Positions 42,943-53,200 of a stretch of 53,414 nucleotides of DNA are shown piece by piece. Made by a program: the position numbers and the translations under genes. The DNA lies in IMG/VR virus record IMGVR_UViG_3300032117_002338, positions 1 through 53,414 of that record. The stretch is one strand, 5' to 3'. Under the pieces are notes generated by a model. The model was not told the origin of the DNA. It did no database searches and saw nothing but the letters and a program-made list of their open reading frames with translations. Within the stretch, counting starts at the first letter, position 1, and the number at the start of each line of letters is the position of its first letter. This stretch comes from a virus (taxonomy: Duplodnaviria; Caudoviricetes).

Positions 42943-43527
42943 ATGCTGATACGTGACATAATATCCCCAACCGTGCTGCGCGAGGCGATGGATCCAGGTG
43001 ACTACGGTGGCTGGATAGATGCTCGCACTGGCAAGGTCACCCTCATAGACCGAGGCAGCACCCACATGCAAACGGCCGTCGATAAGCTGGGCGTGATATC
43101 GCATGTCCGTGCCAATTCACAGGAGTTTGAGTTCGACTATCCGGCGGCATACGCACACCATCTGGTGAGATTCGTCAGCGACAGCTACCCCATAGCGTTT
43201 GGAATCAGCGGTTTCACGGCGGACATATACAGGACGTTCAAGGTGTGGTATCCCGCAGCAGCCAAGGCTGATGTCGTGTATGTGGATGTCGAGGACACCA
43301 ACGAGGGCCACAGGTACGAGATGCACGACCCGCGGGACAAGGTCAACCTGCGGCAGGGATTTGGTCCCCAGACCGCCAGCGAATCAGAGGTCTGGGACGA
43401 GCCAAACCCAAAGAGCAAGCATGATAAGCTGAGCCCATCCGATAAGGCCGCAGCCAAAACCCGTGCTCGGCGAGCTGGCCGCAGATACCCAAATCTCATC
43501 GATAACATGTGGGCATCGCGCAGATAG
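42943..43527 (+). CDS. Hypothetical late protein, possible head-internal protein
   Basis: TAAATA upstream; starts MLIRDIISPTVLREA; basic C-terminal module. Confidence 0.72.
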   Translation: MLIRDIISPTVLREAMDPGDYGGWIDARTGKVTLIDRGSTHMQTAVDKLGVISHVRANSQEFEFDYPAAYAHHLVRFVSDSYPIAFGISGFTADIYRTFKVWYPAAAKADVVYVDVEDTNEGHRYEMHDPRDKVNLRQGFGPQTASESEVWDEPNPKSKHDKLSPSDKAAAKTRARRAGRRYPNLIDNMWASRR

Positions 43528-43625
43528 TCGCCATATCAGGCCAAAAACACCACGATATGCGTGGTTGACGGCATGCCGTCATCGTGCTATCGTAACCAAA
43601 TAGCGCAAAGCAACGGAGATGCATC

Positions 43626-44396
43626 ATGGGCGGCGACGGTTTGGGAGATAGCATCAAGAGATTCATACTGATCACGGTCGTGCTGTTCCTCGTGTCTTTA
43701 CCAGCGTTCGCGCCGGAGATGTTCATCGTCGTCTCGGTGCTAGCATGGCCTCTGATCATGCTGTTCTTCATCGTCCGCTCGTTCTTCTTCGATCTGTCGC
43801 ATAGCCTACCTTGGTTCGTGTTCGTGGCGTCAGATCTCGGGGTCGGACACATGGTGGGCTACTGTTTGGTGTTCATGTGCCTGGGTGCCGTGGCCAATGG
43901 TGGCAGGGGTGCCGTGGCCATGCTGTGCTTCTACGGTCCCACCATGCTGATACCTGTGCTGTGGACGGCGTTGGGGCTGGGGGTGGTGCACAAGGGCGGA
44001 TGGGAAGGATACAAGAAGGACATGTACACCGACACCTGCAAGGATGTCTACGTGCCCGGCACGGTGTACGAGGATGGCATACAGGGACGCGATCTCAAGA
44101 TACTCTGCACGTATGTCCCCAACCCCGGGTTGGAACTGCCATCATTCACCGAGGACGAGAAGGGCGGCATCACGGATGTCGTGCCATATGGTGGTGCGGT
44201 GGCATCGCGCAAGTCGTCCCAGGATGCTGAATCTCCGGGCGAGGCATCTCCGATCGACGGTGTGTCGAGGAAGCTGGATAAGCTGATCAACGAATCGAGA
44301 CCGATCACGACGGATGATCGTAAGGCGATCACCTCCCCCGATGGCAAGTGCGTCACCCGCAGGATCAACAACGGGTGGGAAGTGACATGCAAGTGA
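43626..44396 (+). CDS. Multi-pass membrane protein
   Basis: Hydrophobic N-half; GGAGA RBS; promoter-like motif 43565-43593. Confidence 0.75.
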   Translation: MGGDGLGDSIKRFILITVVLFLVSLPAFAPEMFIVVSVLAWPLIMLFFIVRSFFFDLSHSLPWFVFVASDLGVGHMVGYCLVFMCLGAVANGGRGAVAMLCFYGPTMLIPVLWTALGLGVVHKGGWEGYKKDMYTDTCKDVYVPGTVYEDGIQGRDLKILCTYVPNPGLELPSFTEDEKGGITDVVPYGGAVASRKSSQDAESPGEASPIDGVSRKLDKLINESRPITTDDRKAITSPDGKCVTRRINNGWEVTCK

Positions 44397-44509
44397 ACGC
44401 TGTCAACCATTAAATCTCGATCACATGTGCATGCATGTTTGATATTCAGGTTGCGCCTCCCGCGGCGTCTTGGTTAAATAACTACAGTGAAAACGCGGGA
44501 GTTCCACAC

Positions 44510-46447
44510 ATGTCCAACATCTTCGACGAAATACTCCAAGAGCGGAAATCCAAGAAGAGGGAGTCGATGGACTTCCTGGAATTCCTCAAGCTCTGCAAGA
44601 AGGATCCAACAACCTACGCCTCGGCCGCAGAGCGGATGCTGGCCGCCATCGGTGAGCCAGAGATGGTTGACACCAGCAGGGATCCGCGCCTCAGCAGGAT
44701 ATTCCTCAACAGGACGCTGCGCATATATCCGGCGTTCTCGGATTTCTACGGCATGGAGGAGACCATCGAGCGCATAGTGGGTTACTTCCGCCATGCGGCA
44801 CAGGGCCTCGAGGAGAAGAAGCAGGTACTGTATCTGCTGGGACCGGTTGGCGGCGGCAAGAGCAGCCTGGCCGAACGCCTCAAGGAGCTGATGACCAAGA
44901 ACCCGTTCTACGTGCTGACCGCCGAGGACGGCACCATGAGCCCCGTGTTTGAATCCCCTCTCGGAGTGTTTGACGTGCGCAAGCATGGTGCACGCCTGCA
45001 CAAGGACTATGGCATAGATCCTCGATATCTAGGCGGTGTGATGAGCCCGTGGGCCGTCAAGCGCCTTGCGGAGTACGACGGAGACATATCCCGCTTCAAG
45101 GTCACCAAGGTGTGGCCCAGCAAGCTGGAGCAGATAGGCGTGGTCAAGACCGAACCCGGTGACGACAACAACCAAGACATATCGAGCCTGGTGGGCAAGA
45201 CCAACATACGCATGCTGGAGCACTTTGACCAGAACGATCCGGACAGCTACTCTTTCTCGGGTGCCCTGTGCCGCGGCAACCAGGGCATCATGGAGTTCGT
45301 GGAGATGTTCAAGGCTCCCATCAAGATGCTGCATCCGCTGCTAACGGCGACGCAGGAGGGCAACTACATCGGCACCGAAGGCATATCGGCCATACCGTTC
45401 AACGGCGTGGTGCTGGCACACAGCAACGAATCCGAGTGGCAGAGCTTCAAGAACAACAAGAACAACGAGGCATTCATCGATCGCATCTACGTGGTCAAGG
45501 TGCCTTACTGCCTGCGCGTCAGCGATGAGGTGCACATCTACGAGAAGATGCTGGAGAACAGCAGCCTCGGCGGCGCCAACTGCGCTCCGCAGACGCTGGA
45601 CATGCTCAGCAGGTTCTGCGTGCTGACCCGCCTGTCTCCTCATGAGAACAGCAACCCCTACAGCAAGATGCGCGTGTATGACGGCGAGACCATCAAGGAC
45701 GTTGATCCCAAGGCCCGTAGCATGCAGGAGTATCGCGATGCCGCGGGCATTGACGAGGGCATGGGTGGCATCAGCACGCGATTCGCGTTCAAGGTGCTGA
45801 GCAAGACCTTCAACTTCGATCCCAACGAGATAGCGGCTGATCCGGTGCATCTCATGTACGTGTTGGAGGACAGCATACGCAGGGAGCAGTTCAGCACGGA
45901 GGTCGAGGAGAGATACATCGACTTCATCAAGGACAGCCTGTCACCACGCTACGCCGACTTCATAGGTCATCAGATACAACAGGCGTATATTGCGAGTTAC
46001 TCAGAATTTGGACAATCGAGCTTCGATCGATACGTGGAATATGCGGATGCTTGGATACAGGAGATCGACTTCAAGGATCCCGACACCGGCAATCTCTATG
46101 ACAGGGAGATTCTCAACAAGGAGCTGGAGAAGATCGAGAAACCAGCCGGCATAGCCAACCCCAAGGATTTCAGGCATGAGGTGGTCAACTTCGTGCTGAG
46201 AGCCCGCGCCAAGAACGGCGGTGCGGTGAGCTGGACCAGCTACGAGAAGCTGCGCGAGGTCATCGAGAAGAAGATGTTCGCCAGCGTCGAGGATCTGCTT
46301 CCGGTTATCAGCTTCGATAGCAAGAAGGACAAGGAGATTGAGTCAAAACATATCGACTTTGTCAACAGGATGGTTAAGAGCGGATACACCGAAAAACAGG
46401 TGAGAAGGCTAGTTGATTGGTTCATGCGTCATCAGAAGTCGTCTTGA
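44510..46447 (+). CDS. prkA: PrkA/YeaG AAA+ serine kinase family protein
   Basis: LLGPVGGGKSS, KTEPGDDNNQDISSLVGK, EFVEMFKAPIKMLHPLLTATQEG. Confidence 0.96.
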   Translation: MSNIFDEILQERKSKKRESMDFLEFLKLCKKDPTTYASAAERMLAAIGEPEMVDTSRDPRLSRIFLNRTLRIYPAFSDFYGMEETIERIVGYFRHAAQGLEEKKQVLYLLGPVGGGKSSLAERLKELMTKNPFYVLTAEDGTMSPVFESPLGVFDVRKHGARLHKDYGIDPRYLGGVMSPWAVKRLAEYDGDISRFKVTKVWPSKLEQIGVVKTEPGDDNNQDISSLVGKTNIRMLEHFDQNDPDSYSFSGALCRGNQGIMEFVEMFKAPIKMLHPLLTATQEGNYIGTEGISAIPFNGVVLAHSNESEWQSFKNNKNNEAFIDRIYVVKVPYCLRVSDEVHIYEKMLENSSLGGANCAPQTLDMLSRFCVLTRLSPHENSNPYSKMRVYDGETIKDVDPKARSMQEYRDAAGIDEGMGGISTRFAFKVLSKTFNFDPNEIAADPVHLMYVLEDSIRREQFSTEVEERYIDFIKDSLSPRYADFIGHQIQQAYIASYSEFGQSSFDRYVEYADAWIQEIDFKDPDTGNLYDREILNKELEKIEKPAGIANPKDFRHEVVNFVLRARAKNGGAVSWTSYEKLREVIEKKMFASVEDLLPVISFDSKKDKEIESKHIDFVNRMVKSGYTEKQVRRLVDWFMRHQKSS

Positions 46448-46451
46448 TACA

Positions 46452-47195
46452 ATGGATTACTCATCTCATTATTCCAGGTTAATAGAGAGAGCAAGACCAA
46501 GAGGGTTAAAGAAACCTTCTAGGTCAGATGAATCATACGTCTACTATGAATCACATCATGTGATTCCGCGATGCTTGGATGGGTCAGACGACCCATCCAA
46601 TATGGTTCTACTCACACCACAGGAACATTATGTAGCACATCTCCTACTGATGAAAATGCATCCAAACATCAAATCGTTGGTCTATGCCGCACAGATGATG
46701 ATAGTCGGTGGTTCACGTAACAATAAGTTGCATGGTTGGCTGAGAACCAAGGCAAGTCGAATGATATCTGAGGATTTCGAACGGGCCAAGAAGATAGGAC
46801 GAACCCTAACCGGTAGGGTAGTATCCGAGCATGTGGGTCGTAAGATATCACAATCAAATATCGGGAGACAGACATCTGAATTGACAAGGGCTAAGATATC
46901 TGTCAGCACCAAAGGCAAACCAAAAAGCATTGAGCATAGAGAGAAGATAAAGGCGGCCCTATCTGGCAAGAAGCATTCTGAATCACATATCACCAATTTG
47001 ATCAAGAGTAAGCGCAGAAACGGAACATTAGGTCATTCATCTACGGCTAAACGTAAAATCAGCAACACCTTATCTCAGCTGAGATGGTTCAATGATGGTT
47101 CGGTTAACATACGCATCGCCGGCGATCCACCAGAAGGGTTTAAGTCTGGTCGATTAAAAATGATGCGTAAAAGAAACACATCTGATCAGGAGTGA
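46452..47195 (+). CDS. Free-standing HNH homing endonuclease with NUMOD3-like repeats
   Basis: YESHHVIPRCLDG..NMVLLTPQEHYVAHLLL; HSESH/KSIEHREKI repeats; AT-rich. Confidence 0.9.
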   Translation: MDYSSHYSRLIERARPRGLKKPSRSDESYVYYESHHVIPRCLDGSDDPSNMVLLTPQEHYVAHLLLMKMHPNIKSLVYAAQMMIVGGSRNNKLHGWLRTKASRMISEDFERAKKIGRTLTGRVVSEHVGRKISQSNIGRQTSELTRAKISVSTKGKPKSIEHREKIKAALSGKKHSESHITNLIKSKRRNGTLGHSSTAKRKISNTLSQLRWFNDGSVNIRIAGDPPEGFKSGRLKMMRKRNTSDQE

Positions 47196-47200
47196 GGGGT

Positions 47201-48460
47201 ATGTCAGATTACCACATAATAGATCGGCGGGATAACCCCAAGGGCAAGAACCTGCCCAACAGGCAGAAGTTCCTCAAGAAGGTGCGCAAGCACCTCAAGG
47301 AGCAGGTGCGCGATGCCATGGGCAAGAAGCGCATAACGGACGAGGGTGGCACCGACATAGTGGTGCCATCGGACGGCATAAGCGAACCCAGCTTCGACTA
47401 CGATCGCAGCACAGGAGAGTGGGATAGGATACTGCCGGGCAACAGGGACTTCAGCGCCGGGGATAGGGTCAAGAAACCGGACCAAGGTGGCAAGGGTTCC
47501 GGCAGCAAGGCCGGCAATGGCGGCGACGGTGAGGATGACTTCCGTTTCACCATAACCAGGGACGAATACCTGGACATGGTGTTCGAGGATCTCGAGCTGC
47601 CTGACATGATCAAGACCAGCGAGAAGGCGGCCGTGGCTTGGCAGCGCGTGAGGTCCGGGTTCAAGACCGACGGTAACCCCAGCCAGCTGGATCTGGTGCG
47701 CAGCCTGAGGAACAGCCTGGGACGGCGACTGGCACTGCGGAAGCCGGTCGAGCGCAAGATGGACGAGCTCGAGGCATTGCTGGAGGACAGCGAAAACCCC
47801 GAGCTGCTGCTCGAGGAGATCGAGAAGCTGAGGAGGAAGCGCAACGCCGTGCCATGGGTAGATCCCATAGACATAAGATACAGGCGCTGGGACAAACGCC
47901 CCATACCCAACAGCCAAGCGGTGATGTTCTGCCTGATGGACGTCAGCGGCAGCATGGGCGACAGGGAGAAGGAGATAGCCAAGAGGTTCTACCTGCTGCT
48001 GTATCTGTTCCTTGAACGCCAATACGAGAAGGTGCAGATCGTGTTCGTGAGGCACACGGACACCGCCAAGGAGGTGGACGAGCGCGAGTTCTTCTACGGT
48101 ACCGAGAGCGGTGGCACCGTGGTCAGCAGCGGGCTACGGATGGTGAACGACATCATCGCGCAGAGGTATCCCTTGGATGCGTGGAACATATACGTGGTGC
48201 AGGCCTCCGACGGTGACAACTGGATGGGCGACAACGACGAATGCAGGGAGCTGCTGGCCAAGCTGCTGCCGTTGGTGCAGTATTACGTCTACGCCGAGGT
48301 CAGGCAGAGCCATCCAATATACGGAGACACCGGGCTGTGGAAGATGATGTCCGATCTGATCGGCTCATACAAGCAGATGGCGGTGGCCAGCATACCCAGC
48401 GTGGACCAGGTGGTCCCGGTGTTTAGGCGAGTGTTTGCGAAGGAGAAGGCCAATGGTTGA
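47201..48460 (+). CDS. yeaH: YeaH/YhbH (DUF444) vWA-like protein
   Basis: IIDRR.NPKGKN, AVMFCLMDVSGSM, ESGGTVVSS, QASDGDNW. Confidence 0.95.
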   Translation: MSDYHIIDRRDNPKGKNLPNRQKFLKKVRKHLKEQVRDAMGKKRITDEGGTDIVVPSDGISEPSFDYDRSTGEWDRILPGNRDFSAGDRVKKPDQGGKGSGSKAGNGGDGEDDFRFTITRDEYLDMVFEDLELPDMIKTSEKAAVAWQRVRSGFKTDGNPSQLDLVRSLRNSLGRRLALRKPVERKMDELEALLEDSENPELLLEEIEKLRRKRNAVPWVDPIDIRYRRWDKRPIPNSQAVMFCLMDVSGSMGDREKEIAKRFYLLLYLFLERQYEKVQIVFVRHTDTAKEVDEREFFYGTESGGTVVSSGLRMVNDIIAQRYPLDAWNIYVVQASDGDNWMGDNDECRELLAKLLPLVQYYVYAEVRQSHPIYGDTGLWKMMSDLIGSYKQMAVASIPSVDQVVPVFRRVFAKEKANG

Positions 48461-49931
48461 GCCGCTGTTCACGGGTAGCGATTGGGATTTCTCCCTGATC
48501 GACAGGGCGATGGTGGAATGCGGCATCATAGCCAAGGACGAGCTGAGGCTTGACACATATCGCAATGCCTTAGAAATAGTCACCAGCGAGCAGATGCTGG
48601 ATGCATACGCCAGCGTGGGGCTACCGGTCATGTACAAGCATTGGAGCTTCGGCAAGAAGTTCTCACGCGAGAGAGATCTATACCAGAAGGGCAAGCGCGG
48701 TTTGGCCTACGAGCTGGTGCTCAACACCAACCCGGTGATCAACTACCTCATGGAGGAGAACACGGCCTGCACGCAGGTGCTGGTGATAGCGCACGCCGCA
48801 TACGGACACAACCACGTGTTCAAGAACAACTACATGTTCAAGCAGTGGACCGATGCCGACGGCATAGTGGATTACCTGATATTCGCACGCGACTACATAG
48901 CCAAGTGCGAGGAACGCTACGGCGAGTCAGCCGTGGAGAGGACCCTCGACAGCGCACATGCGCTGATGATGAACGGCATAGATCGCTACAAGCGACCGCG
49001 CCGGCTCAGCATGGTGGAGGAGCAGCTGAAGCAGAGGGAGAGGACCGAATATCTGGAGAGGACGGTCAACGACCTATGGCGCACGGTACCCAAGCAGGTC
49101 ACGGAGGCTGATGACCCGGTGGGCACGGGATTCCCGGCACAGCCAGAGGAGAACATACTGTACTTCCTGGAGAAGAACAGCCCCGCGCTGGAGCCGTGGC
49201 AGCGCGAATGCCTGCGCATCGTCCGCAAGCTGGCGCAGTATTTCTACCCACAGTACCAGACCAAGGTGCTGAACGAGGGTTGGGCCAGTTTCACCCATTA
49301 TTACATAATGAATCGCTTGTTTGACAAGGGGTTACTGACGGAGGGTGCCATGCTGGAGTTCCTCAAGCTACACACATCCGTCCTGTATCAACCGGCGTAT
49401 GATAGCCCATACTACAGCGGGTTGAACCCATACTACCTCGGCTTCGAGATATTCATGGACATCAAGCGCATGTGCGAGAACCCCGACGATGAGGATCGTG
49501 AGCTGTTCCCGGATCTCTGCGGGTCGGATTGGGTGGAGGCATGCCTTGACGCCGTGGCCAACTACAGGGATGAGAGCTTCATACGGCAGTTCCTTGGCCC
49601 AAAGGTGGTTCGCAGGATGAGGCTGTTCAGGTTGGTCGATGACAAGAGGGAGGAAAACTACCTCATCAGCGCCATACAGGATCGAGAGGGGTTCCGTGAG
49701 ATACGCAGCAGCCTCGCCAAGAGCTACGAGCTGGATGATTGGTTCCCCAAGGTGGAGGTGACCGATGCCGACGTCAAAGGCGATCGCACCCTGACCCTCA
49801 CATACCATCGTGAGCGCGGCAGGGCCATCAGCGATAGCTGGAGATTCATGATCAGGCATGTCAACAACCTCTGGGGGCACAGGGTCAAGCTGGTCACCAA
49901 GAGGGGTCATCTCATCGGAGAGAGCGTTTGA
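48453..49931 (+). CDS. spoVR: SpoVR/YcgB family protein
   Basis: YKHWSFGK, GLAYELV, IAHAAYGHNHVFKNN, QTKVLNEGWASF. Confidence 0.95.
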   Translation: MVEPLFTGSDWDFSLIDRAMVECGIIAKDELRLDTYRNALEIVTSEQMLDAYASVGLPVMYKHWSFGKKFSRERDLYQKGKRGLAYELVLNTNPVINYLMEENTACTQVLVIAHAAYGHNHVFKNNYMFKQWTDADGIVDYLIFARDYIAKCEERYGESAVERTLDSAHALMMNGIDRYKRPRRLSMVEEQLKQRERTEYLERTVNDLWRTVPKQVTEADDPVGTGFPAQPEENILYFLEKNSPALEPWQRECLRIVRKLAQYFYPQYQTKVLNEGWASFTHYYIMNRLFDKGLLTEGAMLEFLKLHTSVLYQPAYDSPYYSGLNPYYLGFEIFMDIKRMCENPDDEDRELFPDLCGSDWVEACLDAVANYRDESFIRQFLGPKVVRRMRLFRLVDDKREENYLISAIQDREGFREIRSSLAKSYELDDWFPKVEVTDADVKGDRTLTLTYHRERGRAISDSWRFMIRHVNNLWGHRVKLVTKRGHLIGESV

Positions 49932-50269
49932 TAGACACCAACGACGAACCGGAATTCCACACGGTCAGATACGAGTTACACCTGCCCAAGGACCTGAGGA
50001 CCGAGTTCACGGAAGAGGAGAAACGCAATCTGCGCCCCATAGCCGAGGTGTTGGCGCTGCTGGACGGTAACGCCTTCTTCACCATGACGCTGGGCAATGG
50101 GATGGAATGGTATGAGCAGTATCTGCCAGAGGCGTGCTGCATATACGAGCAGACCGGCGGTTGGTGCGATGAGGTCAGCTGGATCAAGGACCTGCAGCAC
50201 GAGAACGACGCCGTGCGCGAGGCATACGAGAGCTACAGGATGCTGAAGGCGCTGAGCCGCGGCGATTGA
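49928..50269 (+). CDS. Hypothetical protein
   Basis: TTGA overlap with spoVR, GGAGA RBS, 113 aa. Confidence 0.7.
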   Translation: MIDTNDEPEFHTVRYELHLPKDLRTEFTEEEKRNLRPIAEVLALLDGNAFFTMTLGNGMEWYEQYLPEACCIYEQTGGWCDEVSWIKDLQHENDAVREAYESYRMLKALSRGD

Positions 50270-50296
50270 TACCGCATCTCACCAATAAATATTGCC

Positions 50297-53200
50297 ATGA
50301 CATATTCTCATGGTAACATAATAGCATCACAGGATTTCATGGGCTTCAGAGGCCCAGCGGACATAGACGTCGCGTATCCAGATCCGCAGACGGCCACCGA
50401 CGCCATAGCGGCGCTGATAGGTGTCGGGGAGGCTGACAGGGGTTACGGCCAACCCACGCCCAAGATACCGCCCGCTAGCAGATGGCAGGACATAGGGCAT
50501 CGCGAGTGGAACCAGCTGCGTGCGGCCATGGGCAACATCAACACGCACACCGGAAGCCACCTCACCATACAGCCGATCTTCAACCCCTTCCAGCAGATCT
50601 TGGTGGAGGATGGCAACACCTACGTTCCGACCGACGGCGTGCACACCTTCTCGGCGCATGACATCAACAACAACGGCAACACGGTATCCCTCACCGTTGA
50701 TCTGATCAACTATCAAACCAGCATCACCATCAACGTGGGCGGTGTCGCCTCGCTGCCAACCAGCTATCCCCCAACCAGCACCGGATACTACATCGTGCAC
50801 GATTCTCTTTCCAAAATATCAGCCGCTGATACGTTGGGCAGCGTGATGTCGCAGCTGTTCGCCCAGGGTAGGCTGCTGGGTGCCATGGCCACGGACGGCG
50901 TGCCACCATCGGGTGGGATCATACGGACGGTCGGATTGGATGGCATACCGGTCATAGGATACGACAACGTCGGCATGGTCAGGGAGGTGGTGAGCATAAG
51001 CGCCAGCGCCGCTGGATACATAGCGCTCACCGATGCCATAGCGGGATACGGATCGATCAACGTGGTGGAGCTGCATGTGTCAACCCCAGGCAAGCCATAC
51101 GCGGTGCAATCTGTCACCGTGCAGAATCCCAACAACGCTCGCGTTGACATACCCATGTTGGTCAGCACGCTGGATGCCAACAGGCTGCTGTTCGATCCCG
51201 CGCAGATGGACACCAGGTTGGCCTTGACCAACCAGAGGACACTGAAGTGGGGCGGCAACATCACCCACGAGTTCACGGTGGACTTTGGCACGGAGGACAG
51301 GGCTAGGTGGTTCTTCAACAGCGGAGGCAGCATATTGGTCTCCGCCGACAGGTTGGGAGGTGGCGGTAACACATCGCCGGTGACCGGAACCTTCACCAGT
51401 GGTACCCTGTACCCCGTTAGCTATCCACCCGCATGGTCATCGTTCATGGACACGTATGCTGTTTGGGTCGACACCGGGGTGAACGCATTCGCCGGCGTGT
51501 CGCAGACCTACTACAGGAGCTTCACTGCATCCTACACGGGTTCCTACACATTCACATACCAAGCTGACAATGAGCTAACCCTCTACGTGGATGACGTCAC
51601 GGTGGGAACCAGCGTCAGCTACAACGGTTTGCCTAGCACCACATCGATCACCCTGGCGGCCGGCCAGCATCTTCTGAGATTCGTCGCCGAGAACATCAGC
51701 AACAACACCAGCGGCGCTTGGATCGACAATCCAGCGGGATGGGCGGTCACCGTATCCAACACCAACAACAGCGTCATATGGGACAGCAGGACGCATGCCG
51801 CCGCCGAGGTCATACAGGCATACACGTTCACCAGCCCGCAGGTCTATGCCGTGTCCAGCACAGCTGGTGATTGGAACGCTTTCATGAACCAGCATGCGGT
51901 CTGGGTGGATCCAAACGAGGACACCTACGTCAACGTGCCACAGACCAGATACAGGAACCTCAGCGTGGCAACGGCTGGCACATACACGTTCACCTATGCC
52001 ATCGACGATGACATGACCATATATCTGGACGGCGTGGCGGTGATATCAGCCAACGTCAGCAGCAGCAGGTACGCAAACACACCACCCACGGCCAAGATAC
52101 ATCTGACCGCAGGCAACCACGTGCTGAGGTTTGACGTGCTCAACGTGACCGTGAGGGGAGGATGGGCGCTGACCATCGCAGACGGTGTTGGCAACGTGAT
52201 ATGGGACACCAGGAATCACCTACCGGCCGAGTCGATCGCGGCCGGAAGCAGCACCAGCTCAAACTCCAGCGTCTCGGATGGGTTCATCAGCAATCTTCTG
52301 GCTGCGGCCGGCAACGTCTACATAAACGCATACGACATCACCAAGGACGGCGATGGGTTCATCACCGGTGGCGGATACTACGACCTAGGCGCACTATACA
52401 CGCCCATATATTCAACCTACGCATATCCGGAGGCTGCGACACCACCAGAGCTGCTGAACTGCCCGGGGGTGTTCCCCGTGACGTGGCCCACTTGGAGCAC
52501 GTTCATGGACCAATATGCCGTGTGGGTGGACACCGGCGTTAGCGCCCACCAAGACACGCTGCAGACCAGCTACAGGCAGTTTGACACACCGCAGGCGGGA
52601 TACTACACGTTCACCTACCAAGGCGACAACAGGTTGACGGCATACATAGACGGGGCGGTGATCAGCAGCTCAAACAGCTACAACGGTCCACCCATCACCA
52701 GCAACGTGTATCTATCCGCCGACAGCCACGTGCTGAGATTCGACACCGTTAACATAGGAAACGGTACGGACGGCACATGGATAAAGAATCCAGCCGGATG
52801 GGCGGCCACGATGTCATCACAGTCCAACGTGATGGTGTGGGACACCAAGACGCATGCCGCCCAGGAGACCATAGATTACACCCCCCAGACCTTCCCAGGC
52901 GTGGACAAGCAATCCGTCAAATCAGCCACCTATAACACGCCAAACACCAGCTACAGCTACACCGTGCCGGAGAACGTGAGCCTCATCACGGTGAAGGTAT
53001 GGGGAGCCGGCGGTGGCGGCGCCAGCGATCTCAACGGTGTTTCCAGATGCTTCCCGGGCGGAGCCGGTGCCTTCATACAGGCCACCATACCGGTGATACC
53101 GGGAGAGACCCTGACGGTGTTGGTGGGCGGCGGAGGATTGGCTGGCAAGAGGGGACGAGATCCCAGAGGCAGCGATTGCATCGGCGCGGGAGGCGGTGGG

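Noticed and set aside
47204-48055. Long antisense ORFs (also 363-1097, 8103-8774, 26875-27495, 50788-51396 etc.)
   Set aside because: Shadow frames of GC-rich genes on the opposite strand, no motifs or RBS.
44435-49931. Bacterial chromosome origin of the window
   Set aside because: Host-like genes are embedded among homing endonucleases, late TAAATA motifs, virion protein and CCA-encoding tRNA array typical of a large phage.
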